Assembly (NCBI RefSeq): GCF_006345805.1
Contig: NC_042999.1
Span: 38,440,001-38,504,000, forward strand
DNA from: Octopus sinensis
Lineage: Eukaryota
Direction of reading: 5' to 3'
Length of the DNA stretch: 64,000 nucleotides
Under the pieces are notes generated by a model. That model saw nothing but the letters and a program-made list of their open reading frames with translations, had not been told where the DNA came from and searched no databases. Below, in pieces: positions 25,184 to 37,244 of this stretch; position 1 is the stretch's first letter; each line of letters opens with the position of its first letter. Both the position numbers and the translations under genes were made by a program.

Positions 25184-25566
25184 GGAAGCACTCCGTCGGT
25201 TACGACGACGAGGGTTCTGGTTGATCCGATCAACGGAACAGCCTGCTCGTGAAATTAACGTGTAAGTGGCTGAGCACTCCACAGACACGTGTACCCTTAA
25301 CATAGTTCTCGGGGATATTCAGCGTGACACAGAGAGTGACAAGGCCGGCCCTTTGAAATACAGGTACAACAGAAACAGGAAGTAAGAGTGAGAGAAAGTT
25401 GTGGTGAAAGAGTACAGCAGGGATCACCACCATCCCTGCCGGAGGATCGTGGAGCTTTTAGGTGTTTTCGCTCAATAAACACTCACAACGCCCGGTCTGG
25501 GAATCGAAACCGCGTTCCTACGACCGCAAATCCGCTGCCCTAACCACTGGGCCATTGCGCCTCCAC
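25184..25566 (-). mobile_element. Young full-length tRNA-head SINE
   Basis: Third copy of the 13241 family; 14-bp TSD tcaagcgttggcta. Confidence 0.92.
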
Positions 25567-27320
25567 TCAAGCGTTGGCTACTACGCTAGTGACCTGATTC
25601 GGACCAGACCTCTAGATAGAGAAGGCTGGAGATAAATCCCAACCAGGTGGTCAGTCTCACGCAGGAACAGGTCCATTTAAAGCTGTAATTTAAAGGGAAG
25701 CTGGTGTGCTACTGTTTGATTGACTCACCCTCTTCCAGAAAACCTTTGATCAGTTTTTGAACGCAGGAAATGCTCGTATTGTGTTTCATCTATGGCCAAC
25801 AAACTCTCTCTCTCTATACATATATAGGTTCTGTGGGTCCACAGCAGATAATAAATATGCAACGCAAGCACTAACTATGACACTTCTACTTGAATTCCTT
25901 ACTGTTATAATGACGCCAAAGACAGTGAACACATGTGGTCTTTACTTGTAAGACAGTTTCTGATATTGTCTAGCATGCGTTTCTGAGTCAAACACAGAGG
26001 AATCTTCGGCGCTTAGCTAGAAGTATATTAATGAGCCTACAGACGCCGTACTGATGACATTCAAATACCATCGCGATGAAGCTTACGTTTCATCCCTTCG
26101 CGGACAATGAAATAAGCGCCAGACGAGTACTCGCATCTCATTAATCGTCTACCCAACCCCTAAAATTGCTGGCCTTGTGCGAAAATTTGGTGCATTTTCT
26201 GAAAAACTAGGGAAAACTTGCAGTGCTACTCGGAAATCCCTGTTTGGGGCTATTTCTACATACACAGAAGTGTTAAAATCCGAAAACACCCGATATGTGC
26301 ACAGGGCGATGAATTCTCATGCATACGTTCACTCAACGGTTTTACAAATCAGAAGACTAAAGACGATTTTTCTCTACTTAATTTCTCTGCAAACATCTCA
26401 GTTAAAGCTTATATGAGAATATGTGGTGCTAGTTCGATAGGCGTAATCTGTACATGCAAAAATACATAAGACTGGGCAGGAGCACTTCCTCTTAGAACTT
26501 AGTGTAATACCCATTCGGCTTATTGCATGATTACTTCCTAATGATAACCATATTGAAACTGTTTCATTGCAAATATTTCATTTTATTACAATTTGATTTT
26601 GTTGTTCGTATCTGTGTTTTTACAATCGATTGGACAACCACACCATTTTGTAATTCCTATTTGTAATGCAAGCCCCAAAATACCTAATTATCTCGGTGGG
26701 ACAGTAATATAGATTATACCTTGTCCGAAAATATATTGCTTCTGTTTAAGTTAGAAACCGTTTTTTAATTCCCGCTAATCTTTTTCCGATTTACTTCGTC
26801 GATTGTAGATCTTCAGTGATTTTTTTTTCAACATATAAGCTACTTTATTTTGGTTTGCTTGATAGCAGTTACGTTTCTGAGCAACGTTTAGATCACAGAA
26901 ATAGAAAAGCCTATTTATAAATAGTCTCATTGATCAGCAAAAAAATTAATCGCACTCGAATAGATACTCTGTTTGTTTCCGGCGAAGATTAATCAACTGC
27001 ATGGCTTATCGTTGAAATAATTTGTAAACCGGTGGAATTAGTTTTGAGGCACGAAATGAAACTGAACTTTGAATAATGTTTGGAAAAGTATATGACCATA
27101 CTGTATCCGTGACATTACAAGTTTACCTCAAGAGCAAAAACCTACACCTGATTCGGAAAGATATGGATGTAGGATTTGGAAAAGTCAGAGAGGATATCAC
27201 TGAGTTCTAGTCTGTCAGAGAGACAGTTTATCTAACGGGGAGCAGATATTGTGAGAAAATAACAAGCAGAGAAGACAGATGAGATAAGTAAAGAACCCCC
27301 TACACACTCTCACACTCTCT

Positions 27321-27536
27321 CTCTTTTTACTCTTTTACTTGTTTCAGTCATTTGACTGCGGCCATGCTGGAGCACCACCTATAGTAGAGCAAATCGACCC
27401 CAGGACTTATTCTTTGTAAGCTTTGTACTTATTCTACCGGTCTCTTTGCCGAACCGCTAAGATACGGGACGTAAACACACCGACATCGGTTGTCAAGCGA
27501 TGTTGCGGGGACAAACACAGACCCTCCCCCAATATA

Positions 27537-27608
<72 letters not shown>

Positions 27609-27782
27609 ATATATATATACGATGGGCTTCTTTCAGTATCCGTCTACCAAATCCACTCACAAGGCTCTGGTCGGCCCGAGGCTATAGTAGAAGACACTTG
27701 CCCAAAGTGCCACGCAGTGGGACTGAACCCGGAACCATGTGGTTGGTAAGCAAGCTACTTACAACACAGCCACTCCTACGCC
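27321..27782 (-). mobile_element. SINE with internal (TA)n microsatellite (ggcgtaggagtggctgtg family)
   Basis: Head ggcgtaggagtggctgtg..gggttcagtccc; tail aaacaagtaaaagagtaaaaagag; homologous to 39506-39918. Confidence 0.88.
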
Positions 27783-27839
27783 TATAAGTTGTCTAGAAAA
27801 ACTATAGTTAAAGGAATGGCATGTAAATAGGATGGCCTG

Positions 27840-28214
27840 CAGGTTTTTTGCTGATACAGATCCTAATCGTGAACGTAATCTAAAAATTACAAGAGGATGT
27901 AAAAATGAGCTCAGTTCCTATACTAAAGCGTCTTTGGATGATTTCACACCTTCATCTGATGGTCATGATAATGAACTATAAGATAGATATAATCTCTCAT
28001 CCAGTTAGTAACGCTCATTCCGCCACCAGCACTGAAACTATAGTCAATATCTTCTATGGCAAGAACGTACTCGTACGATGTTATGATTTTTATTAATTTC
28101 CTACGTTTTTGTGCTTTCACGTATATGTATTGTACCGTGTATATATAGAAATAGATAATTTCATATATGAAGGTTATCATGTTTGTTATCTTTTGTTTTC
28201 TTGTGCTACCTCTG
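27840..28214 (+). mobile_element. Probable Tigger/pogo transposase C-terminal remnant with right end
   Basis: FFADTDPNRERNLKITRGCKNELSSY resembles the pogo DPN.ER C-terminal motif; ends ..ctacctctg|TA. Confidence 0.4.
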
Positions 28215-28389
28215 TAGCAATAGTCCATAGGAATGCAATCTCACTTGACGTTATGAGACTCAATACGAAAATCAATTTCACATTACTAAATTTCGCGTTA
28301 CTACCAAATTTTGCGCATGTGCATTGCTTGTTTTTGATTTTGTCGACTACACAGTGTATTGACAGTTGGGCACAGTCCGTGAGAAAAAC

Positions 28390-29150
28390 AGCACCATGAT
28401 GCAATTCACTCTGCTAGAAATTTGGAAATGTCATGCTGTCCTGCTTGGCATTCGCGCCGGTAGCTCCGCTAAGAATATTTCAGAGTGCTTCGATGTCAAT
28501 TTGAGGACAGTTCAATCTGAGGACGTGTACCGAAAATCATAAAAATCAAACATTCAGTCAACATCATCGGCTTTAGAGTTGTCACTAGTGATGGCGACGG
28601 TTTGCCTCCATTCATCTTTCCACACGGCCTCAGACTCAACACCGAGGCCTGCATCAAGTGGCTGGAGGAGGAAGCGCTGCCCTGGGTCTAGAAGGAGGCT
28701 GGGAGAAGACCCTATGACTGGCAACAGGACTCTGCAGCATGCTACACAAACAGGTGAGCACAGTCATGCCTGTCAAACAATTCCTACGACCACATCACCC
28801 CTAAAATCTTGCCACCTAACTGCCCATACTGCAATAGACTTGATTATTATGTGTGGGGTGCAGTTTAGCGAGAGACCAATACAATTTCTTGTAACACCAA
28901 AGATGAACTGAAGGCAAAAATTATGGCAGCACTTATCACCTTTAACAAGGAGACCATCCAGAAGAGTTGTAGGAGACTCCGAAGGCGTCTGGAGACCATG
29001 GTTGAAGCCAATGGTTTTGTTATTGAATAAATTTACTCTTTAGCATTTCAAGATATTCTATGTAATTTTGGTAAATATATGTTAAAACGAGATGTCAGTG
29101 TTATTTTCATTTTTGCGTAAATTAGACGACAGTTTATTCACCGCACCCTG
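28390..29150 (+). mobile_element. Tc1/mariner remnant, maT (DD37D)-like, internally deleted
   Basis: WQQDSAACY..LPPNCPYCNRLDYYVWGAV (decayed WPPNSPD.NPLDY), DELKAKI..RRRLETMVEANG; right end ..tcaccgcaccctg|TA; left TIR not found. Confidence 0.75.
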
Positions 29151-29335
29151 TATATACATACCCACATACATATATACATAAATACAAACATACATATGTA
29201 CATACATACATATATACATACATACATACATACACATATATATATATGTATGTATGTATGTATGTATATATATATATATATATATATGAAAAAACAAGTC
29301 AAAAATAGAAAATGCTAAAATAATTTTATAGTGAA

Positions 29336-29383
29336 CATTTCAGTACCGGTTTCGGTCATTTTGAGACCTTTTCAACTGTAACG
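29336..29383 (-). ncRNA. Minimal type-I hammerhead, U3:A8 variant
   Basis: CGUUACAG-UUGAAAA-GGUC(UCAAAAU)GACC-GAAA-CCGG-UA-CUGAAAUG. Confidence 0.75.
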
Positions 29384-29734
29384 ATTAAATAATTAAATTT
29401 AGAAAAATTAGAAGAAAAGTTTTTTTAAAAGAATATTTCTATAGTAGTGTTCAGATTTAAGTGGCATTCTGCCTTTCTCTGACTCCCTTGTTTGCACTTG
29501 TGTATTGGAGGTCGTTGTGAGTTCTTGGTATGGTAGTAGAGGAAGAAGGCTGGTGAGGAAAGGGGTGGGAGAATCTGGGAGTGCCCTGATGGTCGTATTT
29601 TGAATGGTCAGTGGCGGCTGGCAGTCTCAGTTCAATTCAGGAGAATATTTATATTGACAGGCTTGTTTATAGAATTAGCGTAGGTGTTATACTAAAAAGC
29701 ATTAGTGACAAAGTTAAGGGGTAGGGGTGGAGAA

Positions 29735-30022
29735 GTAGAAGAAGAAGAAGAAGAAGAAGAAGAAGAAGAAGAAGAAGAAGACGATGTTGATGATGATGAT
29801 GATGAAGAAGAAGAAGAAGAAGAAGAAGGAGAAGGAGAAGATGACGATGATGGTGATGGTGGTGATGATTATGACGACGATGATGATGATAATGATGATG
29901 ATGAAGAAGAAGAAGAAGAAGGAGAAGGAGAAGATGGTGGTGATGATGGTGGTGATGATGATGACGACGATGATGATGATAATGATGATGATGAAGAAGA
30001 AGAGGAAGAAGAAGGAGAAGAA
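29735..30022. repeat. Compound (GAA)n/(GAT)n trinucleotide repeat
   Basis: Direct inspection; source of the poly-E/D ORF. Confidence 0.95.
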
Positions 30023-30484
30023 AAAAACAGAGAAGGGAGAATATGAAAGGGTGTAAGTTTAGCTATGATGGGGCTGATTAGTAATGGATTCTATGGAGTG
30101 TAATATTTGTGTGTGTATATATTTCTTTTATTCTAAAGTTGAGGTATATTAATTGTTTGTCGTAGACCCGTTAAGAAGTGGCTTGTATTTTGTAATAAAG
30201 AGATTTTCTTTACTTATTCGTTGTCTCGAGGTTGTATCGTCCCTAAATTCAAAATACGACCATTCAAAATACGACCATCAGGGCACTCCCAGATTCTCCC
30301 ACCCCCTTTCCTCACCAGCCTTCTTCCTCTACTACCCTACCAAGAACTCACAACGACCTCCAATACACAAGTGCAAACAAGGGAGTCAGAGAAAGGCAGA
30401 ATGCCACTTAAATCTGAACACTACTATAGAAATATTCTTTTAAAAAAACTTTTCTTCTAATTTTTCTAAATTTAATTATTTAAT

Positions 30485-30532
30485 CGTTACAGTTGAAAAG
30501 GTCTCAAAATGGCCGAAACCGGTACTGAAATG
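30485..30532 (+). ncRNA. Minimal type-I hammerhead, U3:A8 variant (inverted arm copy)
   Basis: Same as 29336-29383 except a U-A to U.G change in stem II (GGUC/GGCC). Confidence 0.72.
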
Positions 30533-30638
30533 TTCACTATAAAATTATTTTAGCATTTTCTATTTTTGACTTGTTTTTTCATATATATCAACTCGTGTGT
30601 TCCTTTTCACCCTTATACATATATATATATATATATAT

Positions 30639-30790
30639 GGGGAGAATTCACGAAACAACAAAAGACAAAGACAGGTGGTGTAAAAAACAAACAGATGTAT
30701 TAGTATGGCGCTCAGGAATTGAACAAGTCTTTTACGTTTCGAGCCTACGCTTCTTACACAGAAAGGTACACAGAAAGAAACAAAACCACT
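30639..30790 (-). mobile_element. Fragment of the short HHR-bearing element family
   Basis: Homologous to ~2900-3050; agcgtaggctcgaaacgta retained, 5' core decayed. Confidence 0.5.
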
Positions 30791-32449
30791 CACAATTACT
30801 TGGTCGAACCAAGATGCCATTCAGTGAGTCTGAACCTGGATCAATGTGGTTGGGAAGCAAGCTCCTTACCACATAGCCATGCTTGCGCCTACACACACGC
30901 ACACACGTGTGTGTATGTATGCGTGTGGTTATGCATATACACACGCATACGCAGCCACAGATACATGAATACATACATAAACACCACCCCTACAAATATA
31001 TATCATATACCTGATACATACAAGCACATATACGTATTTATGCATGTATATTGTTGTCACCCCAACATCCAGCGCTGTCAGTCATCGCCTAATATTTCTA
31101 CGGATATATCGTAATGCGATATTATGTATCGCATTAATATACATTTTATAAAGTATTAAGAGAAATCCATAGAAATATTAGGTGATGACTGACAGCACTG
31201 GATACTGATGAGACGTCAATAACTATATTATGAAGAAGTCTATTTTGCATACCCTGCATTTCAATACGAAACGAACAGAGAGAAAATGATATATTAACCG
31301 GTGATGTTTGAAAGTGAAGTAACGATGTTGTTCGATGGTTACATATTTTTACAGTTTTCCTATTGATGAGTACTGCGTGTTGTTGTAATATATATGCAGT
31401 TTCTCGTAAAAGCAAACTTGAAAATTTTGTGCTTCAAGTGGATAACGAGTTTCTCTGACAACGATAGATTTTTTTGTCCCTTAGTTTGTAGACGAAGTTG
31501 GTTAATGGGATGCACAATTTTCGATCCCTTTAAAATAATTACATGTAAGACATCAGATAGTCCTCAATTGGGCGTATTCCCACTGTTAATACATAGAACA
31601 TATAAAAGTATATACACAGCTACACATGAAATATTCATTTCTAACAACAGTAGGAACACCTAGAAAAATATCGTTATAACATAGAGGACCTAACCACTTT
31701 CATAAAGACAAATGAAGATTTGGCCGGTCTCTGCACACGTCCACTATACAACTCGCAAGGATACCATCACAAGTGTAACTCTCTTTCCAAATTTAAATGT
31801 AGACTTGTCAGCCATATTAGCGTAGACATACGTATTATTTTACCGGGACTGAAAGACAAACAATATCCATTCGTTCCGTGGAACGCTTATGGTTCCAGTA
31901 GATTGATATCATAGAGTCTCATCCATCCAAAGTAAAATTGCTCCTTCTGAAGGCTATGGATTTTAGGTATTAATTCATTAGAATCATTGACCACGATATC
32001 AAACTGATCTTGAACAATACAGAATAACATAATGAAGAAACTTTATTTTCCAACTACACAAAGAGTGATACAACGTGTATGGAACCGCTGACTTTTTTTG
32101 TGGGATTCTTGTAATAGCAGTACGTCGGTATTTCTTAGAGTCGAATGGCCTATCAATTTCCAAAAATTATGAGTGACAGCCCAAGGAAAACTTTTAATAG
32201 ATTCCCCCCCCACCCTAAAATGTTCGTCCTAAATGTGTTACCGCCTTCTCCGGATTTACGATATTTTAGATATTACCCTAGACCTCATGAGGACCAAGTA
32301 TTGCTAATGAGGAATCGACATGCAATATTTAGAAGCCCAACTATTTCAACTTAATTATAGTTTACTAAACTTTATGTAATGCACGCCACACAATATTGTT
32401 AATAATCTCTCTCTCTCTTTTTTCTAATCGGCTGTCTGCCGTAGTACGG

Positions 32450-33660
32450 TGTTGGCTGTTCTGTTCGGAAATTGTTTGCGACAGGTTCGAATGTGGGCTC
32501 TAAGGCCTGCTCTTGGTCTGCAGCAAATGACATCTGCTGCAAGTGAAGTGACTTAAGGAAAAGGGAACGGAAAAGTCACGCTTTTCATGTACCCTTTTGT
32601 ATTTTCTCTGCTGTTTCTTCACAATGGCTGGAATTATGAGCTTTAGCGATCGGTGCCATTCATCGTAGGTGTGTGGGGAAATGTCCGAATTTATCATAAG
32701 ACTTTTCAGTACATTTCTGTATCGAAACTTCTGGTCTTCAGGGCTCCACTTGTTCCGACGCAATTCAGAGTAAAAGGCGCATATGGGAACATTCTTCCCT
32801 CCATTCTGCATTTGCAATGAGTCAGTGGGGGGTTTACCTAACAACTGTGTCAGCGCGGTGCAGATCCTCTACATCATGAGTGGTAGGCAAGATGGAGCGC
32901 AGATGTCGCAGCTGGGTTCGCGTGAGTGACAGAATATGCCTATGGTGGAGGGTCGTGTATTCTGTGGGGTAAAAGATGCAAAGGAGCACTGCGGTACTGT
33001 ACACATTTATTCATGTTGCGGGTGATGTCATGGCAGCCCCAAAGACGTTTCTCGAGAGAGTAAAAGGTTTTGTGGGACACAAAATATGCTTTGCAATCTA
33101 ACTGTCAGAAGGGTTATTACAAGTCACAACGAAGCCGAGAGAATAAAAGGCCCATGTGTATTTCATGATCTCTCCGTATACAGTTACTGGCTCGGGTTAT
33201 CTCGATTTATTAGGATATCTTATTGTGGACTGGTAGAACAACTCAATCTTCGAAATGTTGATCGAGCTATTCAACATGTCTGCTGCAGAAGAAAAACGGT
33301 TCAACAATGTATTGCAGGTCCTCGATCCTGCTGTATACGAGGGCTGAGTTGTCGGCGTAGAGTAGCTCCCTGACACACATTTCCTTGATTTTGTTGGAGA
33401 CACGTAGATGGTTAAGTTAATGAGACTTCCGTCTGGCGCTGATCAAAATCCCTTTGTGCAGATTAACCCGCATGGTGTCAAGTATAGTTGCATGGTAAAG
33501 AGAAAAGAGTGTAGAGACATGCATACAGCCCTGCTTCACACCATGATTGATTCCAAAAGCTTCACTAAATTCTCCGCTCACTGAGGCTCACGCTTTCATT
33601 CCTGTGTGAAACCCCTTGATGATGTTAACAAACTTCTTTGGGCACCCAACTTTTTGAGCA
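32450..33660 (-). mobile_element. RTE-clade LINE 3' fragment, degenerate
   Basis: HGVKQGC, VRELLYADNSALV (YADD motif), INISKIELFYQ, FYSELRRNKWSPEDQKFRYRNVLKS, FTCSRC. Confidence 0.85.
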
Positions 33661-33825
33661 TGTCTGAGGAATAAACATTTCGGCCTATATCTTTATATAT
33701 ATATGTATACAATCATTCCAGTGTGTGCATGTATATGCGCACGGGTGTGTAGGGAATATTTTCTTATAAATGCAAATTTTCGCGGAAATTCCATATTCAT
33801 TCCCACTGTCTGTATGACAAAACTA

Positions 33826-34311
33826 TTGGGTTGTCCAGAAAGACCGTGCCGATTTATAGTAGCTTACCTTTTGACTTATTTTAGAACGTGGTTGAATCTA
33901 TAAAATAGGATTTGAATACACCTCCATTTAGGGCACAGTTTAAGTTCATTTTCAGCACTTGATGCTTTGAGAACCAGACACAAATTGCTACAGCTGGGCT
34001 GGGATGTGTTACCCCACCCTCCATATTCACCAGATATTGCTCCTTCGGATTTCTACTTATTCAGGTCTCTGCAGAATAATCTTAATGGTAAAACCGTCAA
34101 TTCATGGATGACGTAAAAAGATACCTTGATGAATTCTTTTCCATGAAACCACCTCAATTCTGGGAAGAGAGTTTTTTCAAGTTAAAGGAAAGATGGAGAC
34201 GCATTGTGCAACAAAATCGTTCATATTTGGTTGACTAAAAATGTAATGGCAAGTATTTATTGACCTTTTTCTTTCCTTTAAAAATCGGAACGAACATTCC
34301 GGACAACCCAG
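33826..34311 (+). mobile_element. Internally deleted mariner (DD34D) element
   Basis: TIRs ttgggttgtcc(a/g)gaaag.. / ..ttccggacaaccca; LGWDVLPHPPYSPDIAPSDF.LFRSLQN..ERWRRIVQQN. Confidence 0.9.
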
Positions 34312-35099
34312 AGCAGAACTACTACCGTACAAATAACGGAACAAAAAATGTAATATTTTCTATGTGCTTTTACCTAGAAGCATATTTCTACTTTGCTGCT
34401 AGTCGTATTTGTATTTTATGTAGACACTACTCTATCGAAACAAAGTATTTGTAGAAATACTCTGAGATTCTACTAAGAAAATACAAATACTGGTGGTCAA
34501 TGATGTATGTCTATATAGTACAGATGAATTATATTCCGCATGAGAAAAATATTTTATTCTCGCATCGATTAATAAACGTAAATACATATATACGGATCTC
34601 TCTTTCTCTCTCTCTTTCTATACATACATACATACATACATACATACATACATACATACATACATACATACATACATACATACATACATACATACACACA
34701 CACATACATACATACATACATACATACATACATACGTACATACACGTGTATGTGCGTGTGTGTGCGTGTGAGTGTATGTGTGTATGTGTGTCTGTGCGTG
34801 TGTGTGTGTGCATATTCATAGAGAAAAGGTGACACTAGAGATGATGAGGTCTTGAAACATCGCGTGTAAGTGTGGTATATATTACAGCAAATATCTATAT
34901 CAACTCTGATGAAAATATAAATGTATCTTAGAAATGAAAAGTTCGTTCGTGCGGTGAACAATATACTTACATATATACATACATACATACATACATACAT
35001 ACGCACGCACAAACACACATATATATACGTATACACGTATACACACATACACAAACACACACGCACACACACATACACACACACACATATATATATATA

Positions 35100-35545
35100 C
35101 TAGCATTAAAGACCCGTCGTTGCCGGGTCATAGTGCTAGTGCATGTATATATGTGTACATATTACATGTACATCTATATATATACATCTACACATAAAAT
35201 GCAAAATACACAGTTATATCTTGATATCGCTAGTGATAACAATACTCAAAATATATAACAGACTGGAATCGTTAGCTCTTCTTTTTTCTCTACATTGTAT
35301 ATTTTATAGACAATAGTCTTTTCTTTAATTTAATTTTTTATTGTGGAGAAGATATGATATTGCTATGGGCTCGCTCAAGGCAAGAAGTTGAACATTTTTT
35401 TTTGCCCATGAAACTACATGGACCCTAAGTAAGGCATGTGTAAAATTTGAATGAAATTGGTTGTGTAGTTCTCAAGTTTTAGGGAAACACATAGACAGAC
35501 AGACAGACAGACACACATTCTCAGTTTTATATATATATATAAAGA
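35100..35545 (-). mobile_element. Non-autonomous Helitron, complete
   Basis: Minus strand starts A|TC, contains (CTGT)n, has subterminal hairpin GACCCG..CGGGTC (35111-35129) and ends CTAG|T. Confidence 0.8.
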
Positions 35546-36123
35546 TATCTGCATACGTATATGTGTGCGCATGTGTGTAACAGAGTAAATATCTTAAAAG
35601 TTACAGTTTCTTAACATGAAATAGTACTTAATAGCTTCTAGAGAGAGTTATAAGCATGAAACAATGAAGATACTATCCTAGGAATTCTCATATCTCATTA
35701 ACGTTAACAGTACCCTACAGAGTAGAAGAATTATATTCTAACAATGGTGCGTTTTATCAATAAAATAAACGAAACGGATGTTTTATAATGCATCTATATA
35801 TTAAGGTAGACATAGCTTGCAATTGTCAGCGCTGAAAGAATGGATATTTTGGTTATAAATATATTTTAAGTTTTGGAAACACTAGAATATCAAACAATTC
35901 TTACATATGTATACACGTCTCTCTCTCTCCCCTTCTCCCCCCCTCTCTCTCTTTCGCTCTGACTTTCATTTACACACGCTCAGGCGCATAGATAACAAGG
36001 CGCCGACATTAATTTAATTCACAACATGACGGCCACCAAGCCACGCGCCTTCACACATATATACATATATACATAGACACACAAGTATGCACACGCAAGT
36101 ATACACACACACATATATATATA

Positions 36124-36288
36124 GGTTGAACATTTTTTTTGCCGATGTCACTCCGCGGACCCTAAGTAAGGCATGTGTAAAATTTGAATGAAATTGGTTG
36201 TGTAGTTCTCAAGTTTTAGGGAAACACACAGATACAGACACACAATCATTCTCAGTTTTATATATGTATATATATATATATATATAGA
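36124..36288 (-). mobile_element. 3'-truncated copy of the same Helitron
   Basis: Homologous to ~35385-35545, with 5' TC end; hairpin and CTAG absent. Confidence 0.7.
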
Positions 36289-36304
36289 TATATATACATG
36301 TATA

Positions 36305-36505
36305 CTCTTTTACTCTTTTATTTGTTTCAGTCATTTGACTGCAGCCATGCTCGAGCACCGCCTTTAGTTGAGCAAATCGACCCCTATGATTTATTCTTTG
36401 TAAGCCTAGTACTTATTCTATCGTTCTCTTTTGCCGAACCACTAAGTTACGGGAACGTAAAGACACCAGCATCGGTTGTCAAGCGATGTTGGGGGTGCAA
36501 ACACA
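36305..36505 (-). mobile_element. 3' half of the ggcgtaggag-family SINE
   Basis: Homologous to 27321-27520. Confidence 0.8.
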
Positions 36506-36546
36506 GACACAGAGGACTTTTAAATCCACAAAGGAAGAATAATTAC

Positions 36547-36645
36547 TATTCAATGTGGTGTTGAGCACTCATTCTCACTAGAATCGTCGTGCTTGTACCA
36601 AAAAGGAAAACCCTTATCTTGATTAATATTTATAAAACCTAATTT
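36547..36645 (+). repeat. 99-bp direct duplication (partner at 39295-39393)
   Basis: tattcaatgtggtgttgagcactc..aaaacctaattt; 4 mismatches. Confidence 0.9.
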
Positions 36646-37152
36646 CTCCAATACGTATACAAGAATTCATATCTACTTTATTTTTGAGAGACTCATTAAT
36701 TAAAATTTATTTGAAAACAGTAAATTCGCTTAAGTAATATATCCTGATCACCATTCTCCTATATAAAGACTATTATTCAAAGTAGTATATTAATTCAAAT
36801 GCAATAGCCGTATCCAAGGCTAATACGTAAATTATTTCCCTCCCACTGAATGGAAAATACTCAATGGTAGGATGCAAACTGATTTACTATTGGCATTTGG
36901 TATTTAAAATAATAGATCAGTTGATCAGTTGCTACTGATTACTCTCTATATACAAAGCCCTGGATATTAGTCTGCAATAGACTTGGATGATAAGTACTAA
37001 TATCATTAATGTCTAACTTCTGTCGTAATTGTATAAATATAATTAATGTACATTGTATTCATTACTCTCTTAATGATTCCATGTTGACTACGATTACTAC
37101 ACACTCACACTCACACATATACCACAGACATGTTCATATAAAGTACATATAC

Positions 37153-37219
<67 letters not shown>

Positions 37220-37244
37220 TATATAAATATATATAAATATATAT

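Larger units (their letters stand above)
29281..30588 (-). mobile_element. 5'-truncated PLE with inverted terminal arms (29281-29609 / 30258-30588)
   Basis: Arms nearly identical; between them a GIY-YIG C-terminus on minus (RQRISKENLFITKYKPLLN*) and a GAA/GAT repeat. Confidence 0.85.

Noticed and set aside
9751-25566. tRNA-like A/B-box heads
   Set aside because: They continue into SINE bodies with TSDs and lack a complete cloverleaf; not tRNA genes
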